Source: Octopus bimaculoides (Eukaryota). Taken from it: 63,207 nt of DNA. Below the pieces are notes generated by a model. That model ran no database searches, was not told the DNA's origin, and saw only the letters and a program-made list of their open reading frames with translations. The DNA is taken from positions 26,998,109 through 27,061,315 of the forward strand of contig NC_068991.1 of the NCBI RefSeq assembly GCF_001194135.2, written 5' to 3'. The stretch's first letter is position 1, and each line of letters begins with the position of its first letter. Of this stretch, positions 1 to 13,521 are shown one piece after another. A program made the position numbers and the translations under genes.

Positions 1-47
<47 letters not shown>

Positions 48-84
48 GTGTGTGTGTGTGTGTTTGCGTGTGTGTGTGTGTGTG
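1..84. repeat. (TG)n microsatellite
   Basis: Directly visible dinucleotide run. Confidence 0.97.
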
Positions 85-269
85 CGCCCATATAAACATA
101 TATATATATTCATGTTGTGAGTATGAAAGATAAATGCTTCTCCATAACAAGAACGGGTACAAACAGTGCCTTATCATTGGCAGTTTAATCCATACCTGGG
201 GTAAATAAGAAGACTGTTCCAGGTGGTAGAAAGAATGTGAACACTAGTTATAACTCTGCTTTCATAACC

Positions 270-1270
270 AGAAAAGATAATGAAACGTAACTGTAGACGA
301 AAAAGTTAATGCAAACTCAATAACCACTGAATAATAAATAACGTGGTTTACAAATATGAAGTGAAGGCGGATGCACTAAAATATGTGTACATTGTTGGAA
401 TCGGAGACACCATGAAAAATCGTGTGAGCAACCATCTTACGTCATTTTCTAATGAAAAAAGAAAGAGGAGCTGCACATCATTGTTTAACCTTATCCGAAC
501 GCTCAACTGGAATGTAGCGGAGCATACAGCCAACTGTACTGATATGGAAAAATGCTAGACAATACGATAGAACATCGCGAGTGTGTATCCTGTGCCAAGA
601 GAAACCCGGAGCTCATCACACTCAGGGAAAACATAATTAATAGACATTCCAAAGTAGTTATGTCATGCATATTTAAACAGAACATTATGAAACAGAATAA
701 AAATAACCGTCATTAGCATCCAACGGAACAAGAGAACAACTTCATAAACGAACTAAGCAAAAAAAAATCATTATATTCGTTATCTATATCATTGTATCAT
801 CAAACGTAACTAATAGGAACCTTTAAGAAAACATCATTTGTCAACTCAAACTATGAATTTCAACACCTAATCTATGTTTGCTTCCTGGCCGCACAACATC
901 TGAATTCATTGAGGAATTGCCTGCTGCATCTAAGATCAAACCAATGAATACCAAACCAGGTCTAGCCTCACCACATATTCCTCTCTCCTCTTTATCGTTA
1001 CCATACTTTTGACTCTCTCCATCACCTTTTATTCTTCCCTACCAAATATACACAAATCTGACCACATACCCCTTACGAAGCTTTCTTTTGATTGGTGAAA
1101 GTTGATAAAGATCCTCCAGCTATACATTCGTTGTTTCCAACTTCAATGACATGACGCCTTATGGAATGAACGCATGAAATAATATCCACCTGATATCCAT
1201 AGATATTAAGGATAATGATGCAAAATGCTTAACAAAAGGATGGGATGTTTACGGCGAGAAGACCTTTGAT
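270..1270 (+). mobile_element. Penelope-like element (PLE) 3' remnant: decayed GIY-YIG endonuclease plus 3' terminal region
   Basis: Frame from 286 reads (C>R)NCRRKS*CKLNNH*IINNVVYKYEVKADALKYVYIVGIGDTMKNRVSNHLTSFSNEKRKRS. After 560 come YDRTSRVCILCQE and INRHSKVVMSCIFKQ. This matches the CNC..C..C/VVY/YIG/NH..SF/C.LC layout of PLE endonucleases. A C/T-rich 3' region follows. Stops and frameshifts are present. Confidence 0.8.
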
Positions 1271-1404
1271 TTTAATATTTATTCGAGCAAGCAACAACTA
1301 ACAACGCTACACCATACAGTGTGTTCCAGAATTAACTATCTGTCTCAATGAAATTGAGCAAATTTAAAAAACAAAACTGACAGAATGTTATGTTTATTCT
1401 TTCC

Positions 1405-1532
1405 TACTCTAGGCACAAGGCCAGAAGATTTTGGGGGAGGGGTCCAGTCGATTATATCGACTCCAGTACGCAACTGGTACTTAATTTATCCACCAGGAGA
1501 GGATGAAATGCAAAGTCGACCTCGGCGGAGAA
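1405..1532 (-). mobile_element. SINE family A, partial copy
   Basis: ggcacaaggccag...gtcgattatatcgactccagt...caactggtactt...ggatgaaa..caaagtcgacctcggcgga is the same motif series as at 26260-26630 and 43358-43745. Confidence 0.8.
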
Positions 1533-3689
1533 TGTTATATTTATTACCAAAACAAAGAGATTTATAAATCTTACGTCACACTTTTATTGAAATTTTCCAC
1601 ATGTCTGTATCCCTACATACTTCAAATCTCTCTTTACCGTTGTGAAACACGTTTTGAAGTGTTTCAGGAGTTAGCTCCTGCACTGCTAACTGAATGTGTT
1701 TTTTTAATCTCAGCTAAACGATTGTTCCATCTCGGGCAAGAGCTAAAGAAAATGATTGCTGCCAAATTGAAGAAAAAGCTGACATAGGCAAATAAAAGGT
1801 ATCCAAAAGGAATGAAAATACATTTATAAACACAATTCAGAATTTATACACTTTTATATTAAACATGATAAACATAAATAAAAATGAGTTTTAAAAACAT
1901 GCATCCGATTTCACTCAAATGATCATTATTTCTGGGACATCCTGTATTTCCTCGTCCGACTAAACTCAAATTGTTGTGAATCACAACAGCAGTTTGTTCT
2001 TTTTGTATGAACGCATTATATAGTTCAGACATGGATGACATAGAGCGCAGGATTGGAAAGGTAGGACATCAACAGGCCACTTCTGGAGAATTGATGAATG
2101 GGTTCGTTGTGCCTTTATCCAGCAGCACACACACGCACATGACCCGATGGTGCGTGGGATGGTCATATGAAGCATCAACAAGGCGCCGACGAAAATTTTA
2201 ATGTTCTTCTCATTTCCTGTGCTAAATTGGACAAAAAAATTTTCATGAAATACAATACTTATTATGCATAAGTAGTGTCAATATTTTATCGTCGTAAAAT
2301 GGCCTAAGACAAAAATAAAACCCACTGCAGTATACTCAAATATGATTAATCTGTATTTCTGAGGAGCCTATAGGCGACGTCGGGAATCTTTTTAGTCAAC
2401 AGCAATTCGAGAAGCCTGATTAATGTTTGTTGCAAACTTGGAGAAAAGTGACTGGATAATCTTCATGTTACCAGCCTTAACGCTGCGAAAATGTTTTTAA
2501 AATGCGGTTTATATGCCCCTGGGCCCGCATTAGGCAAGTGGTTGGAAATTCTTTTGAGCTATGATACTCTATGGACCCTATGTAATGCATGTGTAAAATT
2601 TCATTAAAATCGGTTGGGTGGATCTCAACATGACAAACACACAGACAGACACATATCCTGTGTTATATATATANNNNNNNNNNNNNNNNNNNNNNNNNNN
2701 NNNNNNNNNNNNNNNNNNNNNNNNNNNNNNNNNNNNNNNNNNNNNNNNNNNNNNNNNNNNNNNNNNNNNNNNNNNNNNNNNNNNNNNNNNNNNNNNNNNN
2801 NNNNNNNNNNNNNNNNNNNNNNNNNNNNNNNNNNNNNNNNNNNNNNNNNNNNNNNNNNNNNNNNNNNNNNNNNNNNNNNNNNNNNNNNNNNNNNNNNNNN
2901 NNNNNNNNNNNNNNNNNNNNNNNNNNNNNNNNNNNNNNNNNNNNNNNNNNNNNNNNNNNNNNNNNNNNNNNNNNNNNNNNNNNNNNNNNNNNNNNNNNNN
3001 NNNNNNNNNNNNNNNNNNNNNNNNNNNNNNNNNNNNNNNNNNNNNNNNNNNNNNNNNNNNNNNNNNNNNNNNNNNNNNNNNNNNNNNNNNNNNNNNNNNN
3101 NNNNNNNNNNNNNNNNNNNNNNNNNNNNNNNNNNNNNNNNNNNNNNNNNNNNNNNNNNNNNNNNNNNNNNNNNNNNNNNNNNNNNNNNNNNNNNNNNNNN
3201 NNNNNNNNNNNNNNNNNNNNNNNNNNNNNATATATATATATATAAAGAGAATGTGAGAAAATGAGAAAACGTGAGAGATAACTATTGAAAAAATGATAAA
3301 ATACTGTGTTGTCAGCTTACTTTTAGTAATGTGTGTCTGTGTGTGGACACTCATGAATTCGTGTGTGTATGTAAATATATACGCTTTTGCGTGTCTGTGG
3401 CTGACTGACAGATCCAGTCTATATTGAGAGAAGAGATGTTGTTTTCTTTTTATCTTTATTTATGAATGATAGCATTTTGACACCGTAGAGAAAAATACAC
3501 TTAGCTACTGTTCCTTAAGATACTACATACTATTCATTGTGGCTATTTGTCGCTGGTGTAGGAACAGTATATATAGTTTACCCTCTACTGTAAAATAAGG
3601 ACATTGAGCTTTAAAATTTAATGAAATATTACTTGCTGTGTTTTAAATATTGCACTTGTCTATATTTGTCTAAGTACAAAGGAAGGGAT

Positions 3690-4200
3690 TCTTACCGACG
3701 AAAGTGAAGTCGATAATGTTCTGCTTATACTGTTGTATGTCAACGATTGCTGGTAAAAACGGGCAAAGAAGGATTTCCAGAGGACTAAGGTTCTGGGAAG
3801 GAAGAACATGAAGCAGAACATGAAAGAAGAACATAAAGACGGAACTAAGATAATTTACTCAGCATCAGTGACGAGAGGGAGGGAAATTAGTAAGTCGAGA
3901 TTATTTGTTCCGAGGCGATACACTAGCAAGCAAATTCCGTGGAGCAAAAGTTATGACAGGAAAGGCAGAAACAGTATAACAATGACTCCTAGTTTTGCAT
4001 ATCACACTCTTCAATGTTTAATTGTGCGGAGCGAAATCGGTCGTATTGCCCTAGATACAGCCTTAAACTGACAGGTATGTTCTTTATTAAGGGCTAAACT
4101 AGGACTAGAAGAACAGATCCTACCTGAATTAGCAAACAATAGGAACAAATTATTTTCTAATGTATGCTTGTGAGATGCAGCAATGAAGTCTTACATTTTG
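3690..4200 (+). mobile_element. Possible highly decayed RTE-like LINE 3' remnant
   Basis: Only scattered peptide hints (AKKDFQR, IPWSK) resembling the post-RT region of RTE elements; no catalytic motif. Confidence 0.25.
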
Positions 4201-4309
4201 AGAAGAGGAATGACGGTTCGTTAATTATAATTTTTTCCTAAATGCTGGAGTAAAATTTGTTTGACAACAAATATACATTAGAATATGATGTCGGCAGTTA
4301 TTGTGACTA

Positions 4310-5470
4310 TGCAAGAGTGGACTGAAGACGTCATAGGCTGACTGAGTAGTGATAGAGCTGTGAAATCTTGCATGCATTACTTTCAACTCATAAAAACTGC
4401 TTTCTTTCTTTCCAAGTAAACTGACATCTGACACTTCAAAGAAGAGTTCAAAAGTAACTAGTAGTAACTTGTCTTTAAAATGGACAAAATATTTGCATCG
4501 TGGTGTCAGCAAATACTTGTAGAAAAAGAAATTAACCCCCAAATACACTCATGCTGACATGCTAACATTAGGAGATGACGCTCCAGCCTTATCAACTGTG
4601 AAAAAGGGTGCAGCTAATTTCATGAGGGGAAGGTAGACTGTTCAAGGTAACCAAAGGTCTGAAAGTGTTGTGGATAATGAACTTGGGATGGCGGAGGCCT
4701 CTGTTCGGCGGTTGCCACTTCTGACGCCTTCAAAAGCGATCCAGGTTGAACACATCAAAAGGAAATCTGACATCATTTGAAACAGATCCAGCTGGCTTAC
4801 TTGAACGTTTCCTAAGTCAGTATGTATCTTGTGATATGTATCTTCAGTTAGATCTGGAGACAAAGAAACAATCCATGCAGTAGAGACACCCCTGCACACC
4901 TCATCCAAAGAATGGTAAGCTTAGTTTTGTTTGGATGCGAAAGACTGCGTTTATTCACTACTTTCAAAGGGTCCATGCCATTAATCGACTAATGGGGAGT
5001 TCTATACCAACTTGGCAAGGCAGTTACGAAAGGCTATCAAGTCCAAATGCCCAGAAAACTTGACGAAAGTTGTCTTGTTTCAGCAGGACCATTGTCCTGC
5101 TGAAACCAGAAATCTTTCCACCAGCACAGGGGTCATTCGTTTCGATAGATGTTGTGCATAACTGCGTCTGTGAATTGGTTGATCACTGTTCCTATTCACA
5201 TGATTTTGCCACATCTGACTATCATCTAATCTTCAACATGAAACAATAGTTGGCTTGTAGCCCGAAACGCAGTGATGATGATGTCATATCCGGTGTTGAT
5301 CTTTTTGACGAACAAAATGAAAGCTTCTTGATCAAGATGATCCAAGGTCTGCAACACCGATGGAAGATGTGTGTGGACTGCAAGAGGGATTATATTGCAA
5401 AATAACCCTCATTTGGCCATATTCCATGAGAGTATCTTGTTCAACCAATGAAATTTTCTGCCGACCCGCA
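4310..5470 (+). mobile_element. Mariner transposon, irritans-like family, near full-length and decayed (copy 1)
   Basis: Degenerate TIRs at 4310-4342 and about 5437-5470, each flanked by TA. Broken frame gives MDKI..HRGV.KYL, LSTVKKGAANF.RGR, FQQDH and HCSYSHDFATSDYHL (HPPYSPDLAPSDY-like). Confidence 0.85.
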
Positions 5471-6783
5471 TAAAGTTCAGGAAACAATTGTGTAGAGAAA
5501 GATTTGATAAAATAATGTTGTAGCCTAGGTCGCAAAATATGTGCAAAAAGTAATGGGAAAACCAATTAAATAACGAAGATAAAGCGTTAGGAATGGCGTG
5601 AGGAAAGAGGAAAGTTAGATACCCGTACGTGGCTGAACTGAGAGTAGTAAGATGCTTACAAACTGTAGCTTACTCAGCACCATCAAAAATTAAGTTGAGG
5701 GTACTGATAATTATATTTATTTGTTTATTTGTTTATACATTCTAGAAAATAACATTCCTTAAATATCACTGTATCGTTTGACATTTGTGTATGACAGGTA
5801 TATATCATTTTATATATTTTGAAATCGTTAAGTAGTAATTAACTTGCCTGGTAAAATGATGCAGTTACTTCAGACATGATACTACAAATAATTAAAATGG
5901 CCTGATTCTGTATTTAACTAATGTTATTACTTCTTGTTTAATTATGTTTCAGTTTTATAAATGTAATCAGTATTATGTTTTTAATTAATAGTGTTGTTGT
6001 GTAACTCCATGTTCGAACTGACCGAATATTATGTCAATCCTGATATTGAATACTATTTGAAGCATATCCACCGTGTGCTGTCTTCATGTTACTAGTATTT
6101 CAACACTGATGGTAAATGTGCCGGAAGCGTTCTTTATTTTAAACCTTTTCTGTTTACTCATTTGCAATTTCTGCATGTTTATATACATCATATTGATTAC
6201 TCGGGATTCCTGAAATTGCTTCCTGATTGTATAGGGAGTTAGTTCTTAGATGTTGTTCGGAATGATGTTTCCTCAAGTGAAGTACTCCACCTGTATTTGT
6301 GAATAGAAACGTAAATACACAGATGCATAGATACACAAATACATAAATATTCTATAGCATATTAATTTTGATGAAACTTCGTTTCACCTTAAAGATTATG
6401 CTACCTTTGTTCAAATACGTGGTTTGGCTACATAAGAATCCTAATCCCAACTAATGTAAAATAAATTTCACTTACCTGTTTCTATTGTTTATCTCAGTAA
6501 CTTTTCGCTGTCACCCTAAACATTGTTTGAGAATAACAACTTGATATAAAGATATACTTTCATTCATATAAACATGCATGGACATTCACACCATACATGA
6601 TTAAATGCATACACATATGTCATTTACATATTCGTATACATATNNNNNNNNNNNNNNNNNNNNNNNNNNNNNNNNNNNNNNNNNNNNNNNNNNNNNNNNN
6701 NNNNNNNNNNNNNNNNNNNNNNNNNNNNNNNNNNNNNNNNNNNNNNNNNNNNNNNNNNNNNNNNNATATTACGTGTGTGTTTT

Positions 6784-7027
6784 GCTCAACATCCTTAAAC
6801 AAATCTTATTCAGGGACCTTTTGAGCGGGATGGACTACTCGACCTGAAAACATTCTAATTAGGTCCCACCTGCAAGGTCATGCACTGTTTATTTTAATAT
6901 GAGATCATATGGTTGTGATGCATGTGCCTGGTGTACCCTTATTAGACGGGTAGTCATGATGGGTATACTGGGCCTCGTATATTTGTACCCCAGTGTTACT
7001 TTGATGGCATGGACTGCTCTTTCATGC
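6784..7027 (+). mobile_element. Retroposon 3'-end family D (SINE or LINE 3'UTR) ending in an (AAT)n tail
   Basis: catatggttgtgatgcatgtgcctggtgtacccttattagacgggtagtcatgatgggtatactggg... is closely similar to 56259-56383; both run straight into (AAT)n. Confidence 0.8.
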
Positions 7028-7046
7028 AATAATAATAATAACGATA

Positions 7047-7113
<67 letters not shown>

Positions 7114-7130
7114 TAATGATAATAATAATA
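7028..7130. repeat. (AAT)n tract, tail of family D
   Basis: Directly visible. Confidence 0.95.
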
Positions 7131-10100
7131 GGACAGATAATGTAAATAATACGCATACACGAAAATTAAATCGCTCATATACATATCAAACTAGCAAGAA
7201 ATATTAGAAAAAACATGACATTTAAGTTGAGAAAACGCGTAGAAACCTGGCACTGTAGTATTTATTGACTTTAATCGTACACGTGAGGTTCACATACATA
7301 TATACACTCACATACACAGACATTCGTATAGATATACTAGAATAAAAATATAAACAAGGGATAGTAATATTATTAAGCATTTAAAAATCTAGAAAAATAC
7401 AGGACAAGAATTACGCCTAAAATAAGACCTTAAAAGATTGCAGCAAAAATAAGATAAACTATTTTCTCTCTAATATGTCTTAACGCGAGCTTCGCCAGAA
7501 GAATCCGCTCATTGAGATCTTTTAAAATAATATAATTAAATTATAATTGTTCTTTTAAATTACTGGGAAATTAGGAGTCAAAGTAAATACTAGGCGTTAC
7601 TTTCCCAATTTGGACCTACATTTATCATACCATTTTTCTATTGAACAAAAATGTAGCTTACCCATCATCATTGTGTAAAAAATCGAATTATGATTGAGCT
7701 ATGATTGAACGTTAAACTGGCCGCGAGTGAGTAGAATTTGACCTTAAGAATATTATTCACACCCTACCGTGTGTGAATGATATATATATATATATACTCC
7801 CATGTCACAGCCTATTGATACCAGATAGTTAAAGTGGTATGATATTGCATGGGTTTTACATTTAGTTCAATTTAATTCTGTTTTCTCTTTTATGTAGTTT
7901 TTGTTACAAATTTTGTGTGTCAAGTTTTGTATTATTTACATGCGTCTAAGTGGAAATATTTAAATATATTAGGTATTATTAGGGTTTATATTTAAAATAT
8001 CCATAGCTCTACATTGGTTTATTCTCATGACGTGTTGTTTCAAGATGACTGATGCCTGATAGTTAAAGTGATATGTTATCCCGTGAGTATACGTTTGGTT
8101 GGTTTTGATTATGGTCTGTGTCTTTTTGTGCATTCTAAATACTAGGTGTCGCAGACTGTTAGATAAGTGTTTATGCGTTTATGTCTCTTAATTGATCTAT
8201 GTGTTTGCATTTGTCCGTTTATTGTTTCTTAGGCTATTATTTTTCGTTTTATCTCTTGGCAATATTCAAATATTATGTTCAGTTACATACGAATATATTC
8301 AATAGCAATTTTTTCAATGTGTTTATTTCCGTAGTGTGTTCAGACGTTTTATTTTTTAACTTCTATAATTCTTAATGTTGCAATGTAAATATTCATAGTT
8401 CTCTGTTTGTTTACATTTCAGTTTTATTTTTAGTGATTTGTAGCTATAGGTGTGTAACGATTACATTTGATATTACATATATTTGTATTAGTAATAGCAA
8501 ACTAATGTAAACCTAAAGCAAAAATTGCGCTGTTTCGCTCCGTTTCTTGACTATTATTTCCGAGGCAGCGCTACGTTCTTAACGCTGCTGACACTGCATA
8601 AATGAATGATACTGACAAAACATCAAAACCGTACTGATATCCGTTAGGTAATAGATAAATGATGTATGTTTATGTTCTTTCTAAATGCAAACTTTTGGAT
8701 TTCGTGTTCTCTTTGTTCTATAGTGTTCTTTATTGAAATTGTAGCTCTCCTGGGTTGTACGGGCTTGCGAATTAATGTAAACAAATGATAACTGATAGCT
8801 AAGCGCTCAGTCTCTACAGCTGTTTCAGACGTGTTTTTATTGAAGAATTGTGTTATTACACCATGCGAAAAAAACTAATAGTTTTCATCAGGTTAATATA
8901 TATATACACGAAATAAAAATTTCAAAACACATACTTCGAATTCAAGTATGTGCCACATAATGATACACTGACGAACTTCAGACCTGATTCCCATTACTTT
9001 TGTTTATATATGTATATATGTATCNNNNNNNNNNNNNNNNNNNNNNNNNNNNNNNNNNNNNNNNNNNNNNNNNNNNNNNNNNNNNNNNNNNNNNNNNNNN
9101 NNNNNNNNNNNNNNNNNNNNNNNNNNNNNNNNNNNNNNNNNNNNNNNNNNNNNNNNNNNNNNNNNNNNNNNNNNNNNNNNNNNNNNNNNNNNNNNNNNNN
9201 NNNNNNNNNNNNNNNNNNNNNNNNNNNNNNNNNNNNNNNNNNNNNNNNNNNNNNNNNNNNNNNNNNNNNNNNNNNNNNNNNNNNNNNNNNNNNNNNNNNN
9301 NNNNNNNNNNNNNNNNNNNNNNNNNNNNNNNNNNNNNNNNNNNNNNNNNNNNNNNNNNNNNNNNNNNNNNNNNNNNNNNNNNNNNNNNNNNNNNNNNNNN
9401 NNNNNNNNNNNNNNNNNNNNNNNNNNNNNNNNNNNNNNNNNNNNNNNNNNNNNNNNNNNNNNNNNNNNNNNNNNNNNNNNNNNNNNNNNNNNNNNNNNNN
9501 NNNNNNNNNNNNNNNNNNNNNNNNNNNNNNNNNNNNNNNNNNNNNNNNNNNNNNNNNNNNNNNNNNNNNNNNNNNNNNNNNNNNNNNNNNNNNNNNNNNN
9601 NNNNNNNNNNNNNNNNNNNNNNNNNNNNNNNNNNNNNNNNNNNNNNNNNNNNNNNNNNNNNNNNNNNNNNNCTGACGAACTTCAGACCTGATTCCCATTA
9701 CTTTTGTTTATATATGTATATATATTATACATATATATACACATGTGTGATATAAATGTTATTAGCACAGACTCTGCTATATAAATGTTGTTAGCAGAGA
9801 CTCTGTTTCGATTGACTTATTAATTGCAAAATATCTCTGATGTTTATCTGACTTCCAAGCAACTTTCATAGAATGCAAATAAAAAAACGTCTGTTAAGGT
9901 ATGTATAAATATTTAAGTCTCCAGTTAGTTTCCAATATTAATTAACTCATTAATACTACACACATGGCGACAAGAAAAATACCATTAGCTTAATTAAAAT
10001 TTCTAACGAAGGCAGAGTACAAATTTACAATCTGTAAATTCAGTGAAATTGAATTGAGGTACGCATTCAAATGTAAAGCTGATCAGAGACAGAAAGTGTG

Positions 10101-10429
10101 ATCAATACTCCAGGCACATTTTGGTCTCTGTAGCGCTCTTTAGCAAAGTCTAGCAGTCAAACTTTCAGATGATTGCGACACTTATATTGTTGCAATTACT
10201 AAAATTATTGTGAACGTCTTAATATGAAATACTATTTGAAATATTTTGGGGGATGTATCTGATCTTATTAGTAATTTCATCACATATTCATGGTGCACAT
10301 ATATTCATGGTTACTTTTTGGTTCTAGGTAGCAAGAGTCACAAGTAGTTTCAATTGATATAGGTGAAGCTGAAGAGAATATAAGGAGGAATTGTAAAAAA
10401 CATAGCTAAAACTGAATAAACGAGGAATA

Positions 10430-10960
10430 GTGTGTTCAACCATTCGATCTAATGATGTAACTGCCATATTCCCCTCAATTCTCGTGGTAATGTCTCAGAA
10501 TTATTTATTGAACAAAGAAGTGAAGATTGAAAATTGGTCCATTACAATTCAAACAAAATATTTATGAATCTACTTCTCGGCTAGGATTGACGGGTTCCTC
10601 TGCAAAAGATATGCAAGGTTTTGTATTTCGGTTATAATTTGTTCAGAAGCAATCTTGTAAATCCCATTCGTGTCTTTGGCATATTTGCCTGCGGGAAGAC
10701 TTATTACATAATGTTTCTGAGAGATTATTTGAATTATGAATATACATTTTAACTGACAACTTGGATATCGGGAGCAATATTAGAAGATGAAAGCAAGAGA
10801 GAGTAAAACTGCTATAATTTGTGAAAACAAGCTTGAGAAATAAGTTTGAGAAATGAAAATAAAACAAAATTTCATGACAGGATGGCATAGAAAGCGTTGG
10901 ATAAGGAATGGTGATAATTTACTATGAATAATCATTTATTTACCATTTAGACTTATTGAA
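10430..10960 (+). pseudogene. Possible ancient PLE reverse-transcriptase remnant
   Basis: IRSNDVTAIFPSI resembles the S.DV..LFPSI motif. A GL.GS-like patch lies near 10585 and ttaccatttagacttattg (LPFLDL-like, frameshifted) near 10940. Heavily decayed. Confidence 0.3.
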
Positions 10961-11297
10961 CTGCAGTCATATAGGGGTATCGATTGTATTGATCACGGTA
11001 CATTTTTCTGTTACTTATATTATTGAATTTGAAACGATGAAAATAAAGACTGACTAAGGATATATTTGAACTCAAAATAGAAAGAGATGCAAAAGAAATA
11101 CCAAATGTCTTACTTACAACACCGAAGCCACTGAAAATTATATTGTTAATTAAAAACGGTATAAAAATACTTTGGCCCTAGCACGGATGAAGTTGCTGTG
11201 ACACACACAGGCACATACACACACACACACGCACACACAGAGATATATACCTCTTTTAAAATATATTGTTGAGAAAGAAAATTTAACTGCGACAAAT

Positions 11298-11306
<9 letters not shown>

Positions 11307-11358
<52 letters not shown>
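11307..11358. repeat. (AGT)n microsatellite
   Basis: Directly visible. Confidence 0.95.
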
Positions 11359-11359
<1 letters not shown>

Positions 11360-11759
11360 TCGAGAAATAAGTTATGGATGTAGGCTGACTGAGACAAGAA
11401 TATGAAAATGTCAATAAAGATGGAGTGAAAGAGAAGAGATTAAAATTCTTAAAGAAAAAGAAAAAACAAGCAAAGACGAAATGGATGATTTAAGGAATGA
11501 ATGATACAATAATAAACAAAGAATGAGAAAAGATGCTTCAGAGGCAGATATATGTAATATCAATATCAACATATGGAAGCACAATATAAAGATTCTCGTA
11601 AAAAAAAAAAAAAATCTGTTGAAAATTGAAACGATTTGCAATGTTTCTTCATTGATAATCTCAGGAATTATTGCCTTGTAAAGAAATTGTTTATGTGTTT
11701 GTAATAACAACAAAAAAAATGAAAACAATTCTAACAACAACAGTAACAATTGTAACAGC

Positions 11760-11799
11760 AGAAATAATAATAATAATAATAATGATAATAATAATAATG

Positions 11800-11870
<71 letters not shown>

Positions 11871-11881
11871 AAGAAGAATGG

Positions 11882-11915
<34 letters not shown>

Positions 11916-11950
11916 GATGATGATGTTGATATTGAAAATGATGATAATTA
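11760..11950. repeat. Compound (AAT)n-(AGA)n-(GAT)n microsatellite
   Basis: Directly visible; source of the poly-I/R/M ORF. Confidence 0.95.
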
Positions 11951-13038
11951 TCGTTTTACTTCACTTTGCTTGTCTCTAAAGACCACCTGAGTGGTAACAA
12001 AGGAACCACCATTTTATTGCAACTCGAAGAAGTTTTAGATAATATGTTGTGTTTTAAATAGATTTACTCCTACTTTACTAAAGCATTAGCCATCCTCTCG
12101 GGAAATGCAATACTACGAAAACTAATAAACTGAACTAATAAAAGGATACTATAAAAACTAAAATGAAAATTATATCTATAAACGGTTGTGTGTTTAAAGA
12201 AAAATGTTTAAGAGAAAAGTTGCTGCCCATACACATACACACACACAATATATATAAATATATATACATATNNNNNNNNNNNNNNNNNNNNNNNNNNNNN
12301 NNNNNNNNNNNNNNNNNNNNNNNNNNNNNNNNNNNNNNNNNNNNNNNNNNNNNNNNNNNNNNNNNNNNNNNNNNNNNNNNNNNNNNNNNNNNNNNNNNNN
12401 NNNNNNNNNNNNNNNNNNNNNNNNNNNNNNNNNNNNNNNNNNNNNNNNNNNNNNNNNNNNNNNNNNNNNNNNNNNNNNNNNNNNNNNNNNNNNNNNNNNN
12501 NNNNNNNNNNNNNNNNNNNNNNNNNNNATATATATATGTATATATATATTAGTTTATATTTACAAATACAATAGTATGGATATATATAACCTAATAAACA
12601 AGTGCGTTTATGGAGGTCCTTACATGTAATTATTCCATTTTGTGTGCTTATATGAATGTAATTTTACAGAAATATTTATGTAAATTTGAACTCTTGCAAA
12701 CACTTGCCTGTGTATGCGTATTCTTCCCTGTAAATGTAAGTGTATATGTTATTATACACGTCTATGGTTGTGCTAAACAAGTGAATTACGGTAGTTATAT
12801 TTCAGTCAAATCGGATTGCATGCATAATTAATCGGAAAGATTTTATGTATTTACACATTGCAAGTAGGTGAGGAAGATGAAAGTAGCGTGTGCAAGATAA
12901 AATGGCACCATGGTTGGTGAACTCTTTTGTGCATTCTCACTGAGAGCAAACCGTCCCATTTTCAACTTATTTTACGGTAACATACATACGCAACGCGCTG
13001 ATATCGTTATACATATATACATATATACATGTATATTA

Positions 13039-13069
<31 letters not shown>

Positions 13070-13488
13070 TNNNNNNNNNNNNNNNNNNNNNNNNNNNNNN
13101 NNNNNNNNNNNNNNNNNNNNNNNNNNNNNNNNNNNNNNNNNNNNNNNNNNNNNNNNNNNNNNNNNNNNNNNNNNNNNNNNNNNNNNNNNNNNNNNNNNNN
13201 NNNNNNNNNNNNNNNNNNNNNNNNNNNNNNNNNNNNNNNNNNNNNNNNNNTATATATACATACACATACATATATATACATGTATGCATATATACAGAAA
13301 CGTATATATATCTGTATATATGTATACATATATGCATGTATGTGTGTATGTATATATGTATGTATAGTTGTTAGAACTCTTCTGGAAGGAAGATTTTGCT
13401 TTTAATGTATTGCTTAGGCAACTCTATTGTATCTTATAGCAGATACAGCTGTATGTAATGAAGGTTCATAACATAATCCTTTGTCATC

Positions 13489-13521
<33 letters not shown>

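Noticed and set aside
1900-2560. Tc1-like terminus (ttctgggacatcctgta at about 1930-1945) and faint transposase-like patches
   Set aside because: No partner TIR or convincing catalytic motif found, so not annotated as an element.
8968-9723. Identical 52-bp sequence on both sides of the N-gap (8968-9019 and 9672-9723)
   Set aside because: Perfect identity, with the second copy starting exactly at the gap edge, points to an unmerged contig overlap rather than a biological repeat; long reads would settle it.
11118-11130. 13-nt microexon-like segment on the minus strand (ttttcag|tggcttcggtgtt|gtaagt)
   Set aside because: Not a multiple of three and no neighbouring supported exons; expected by chance.
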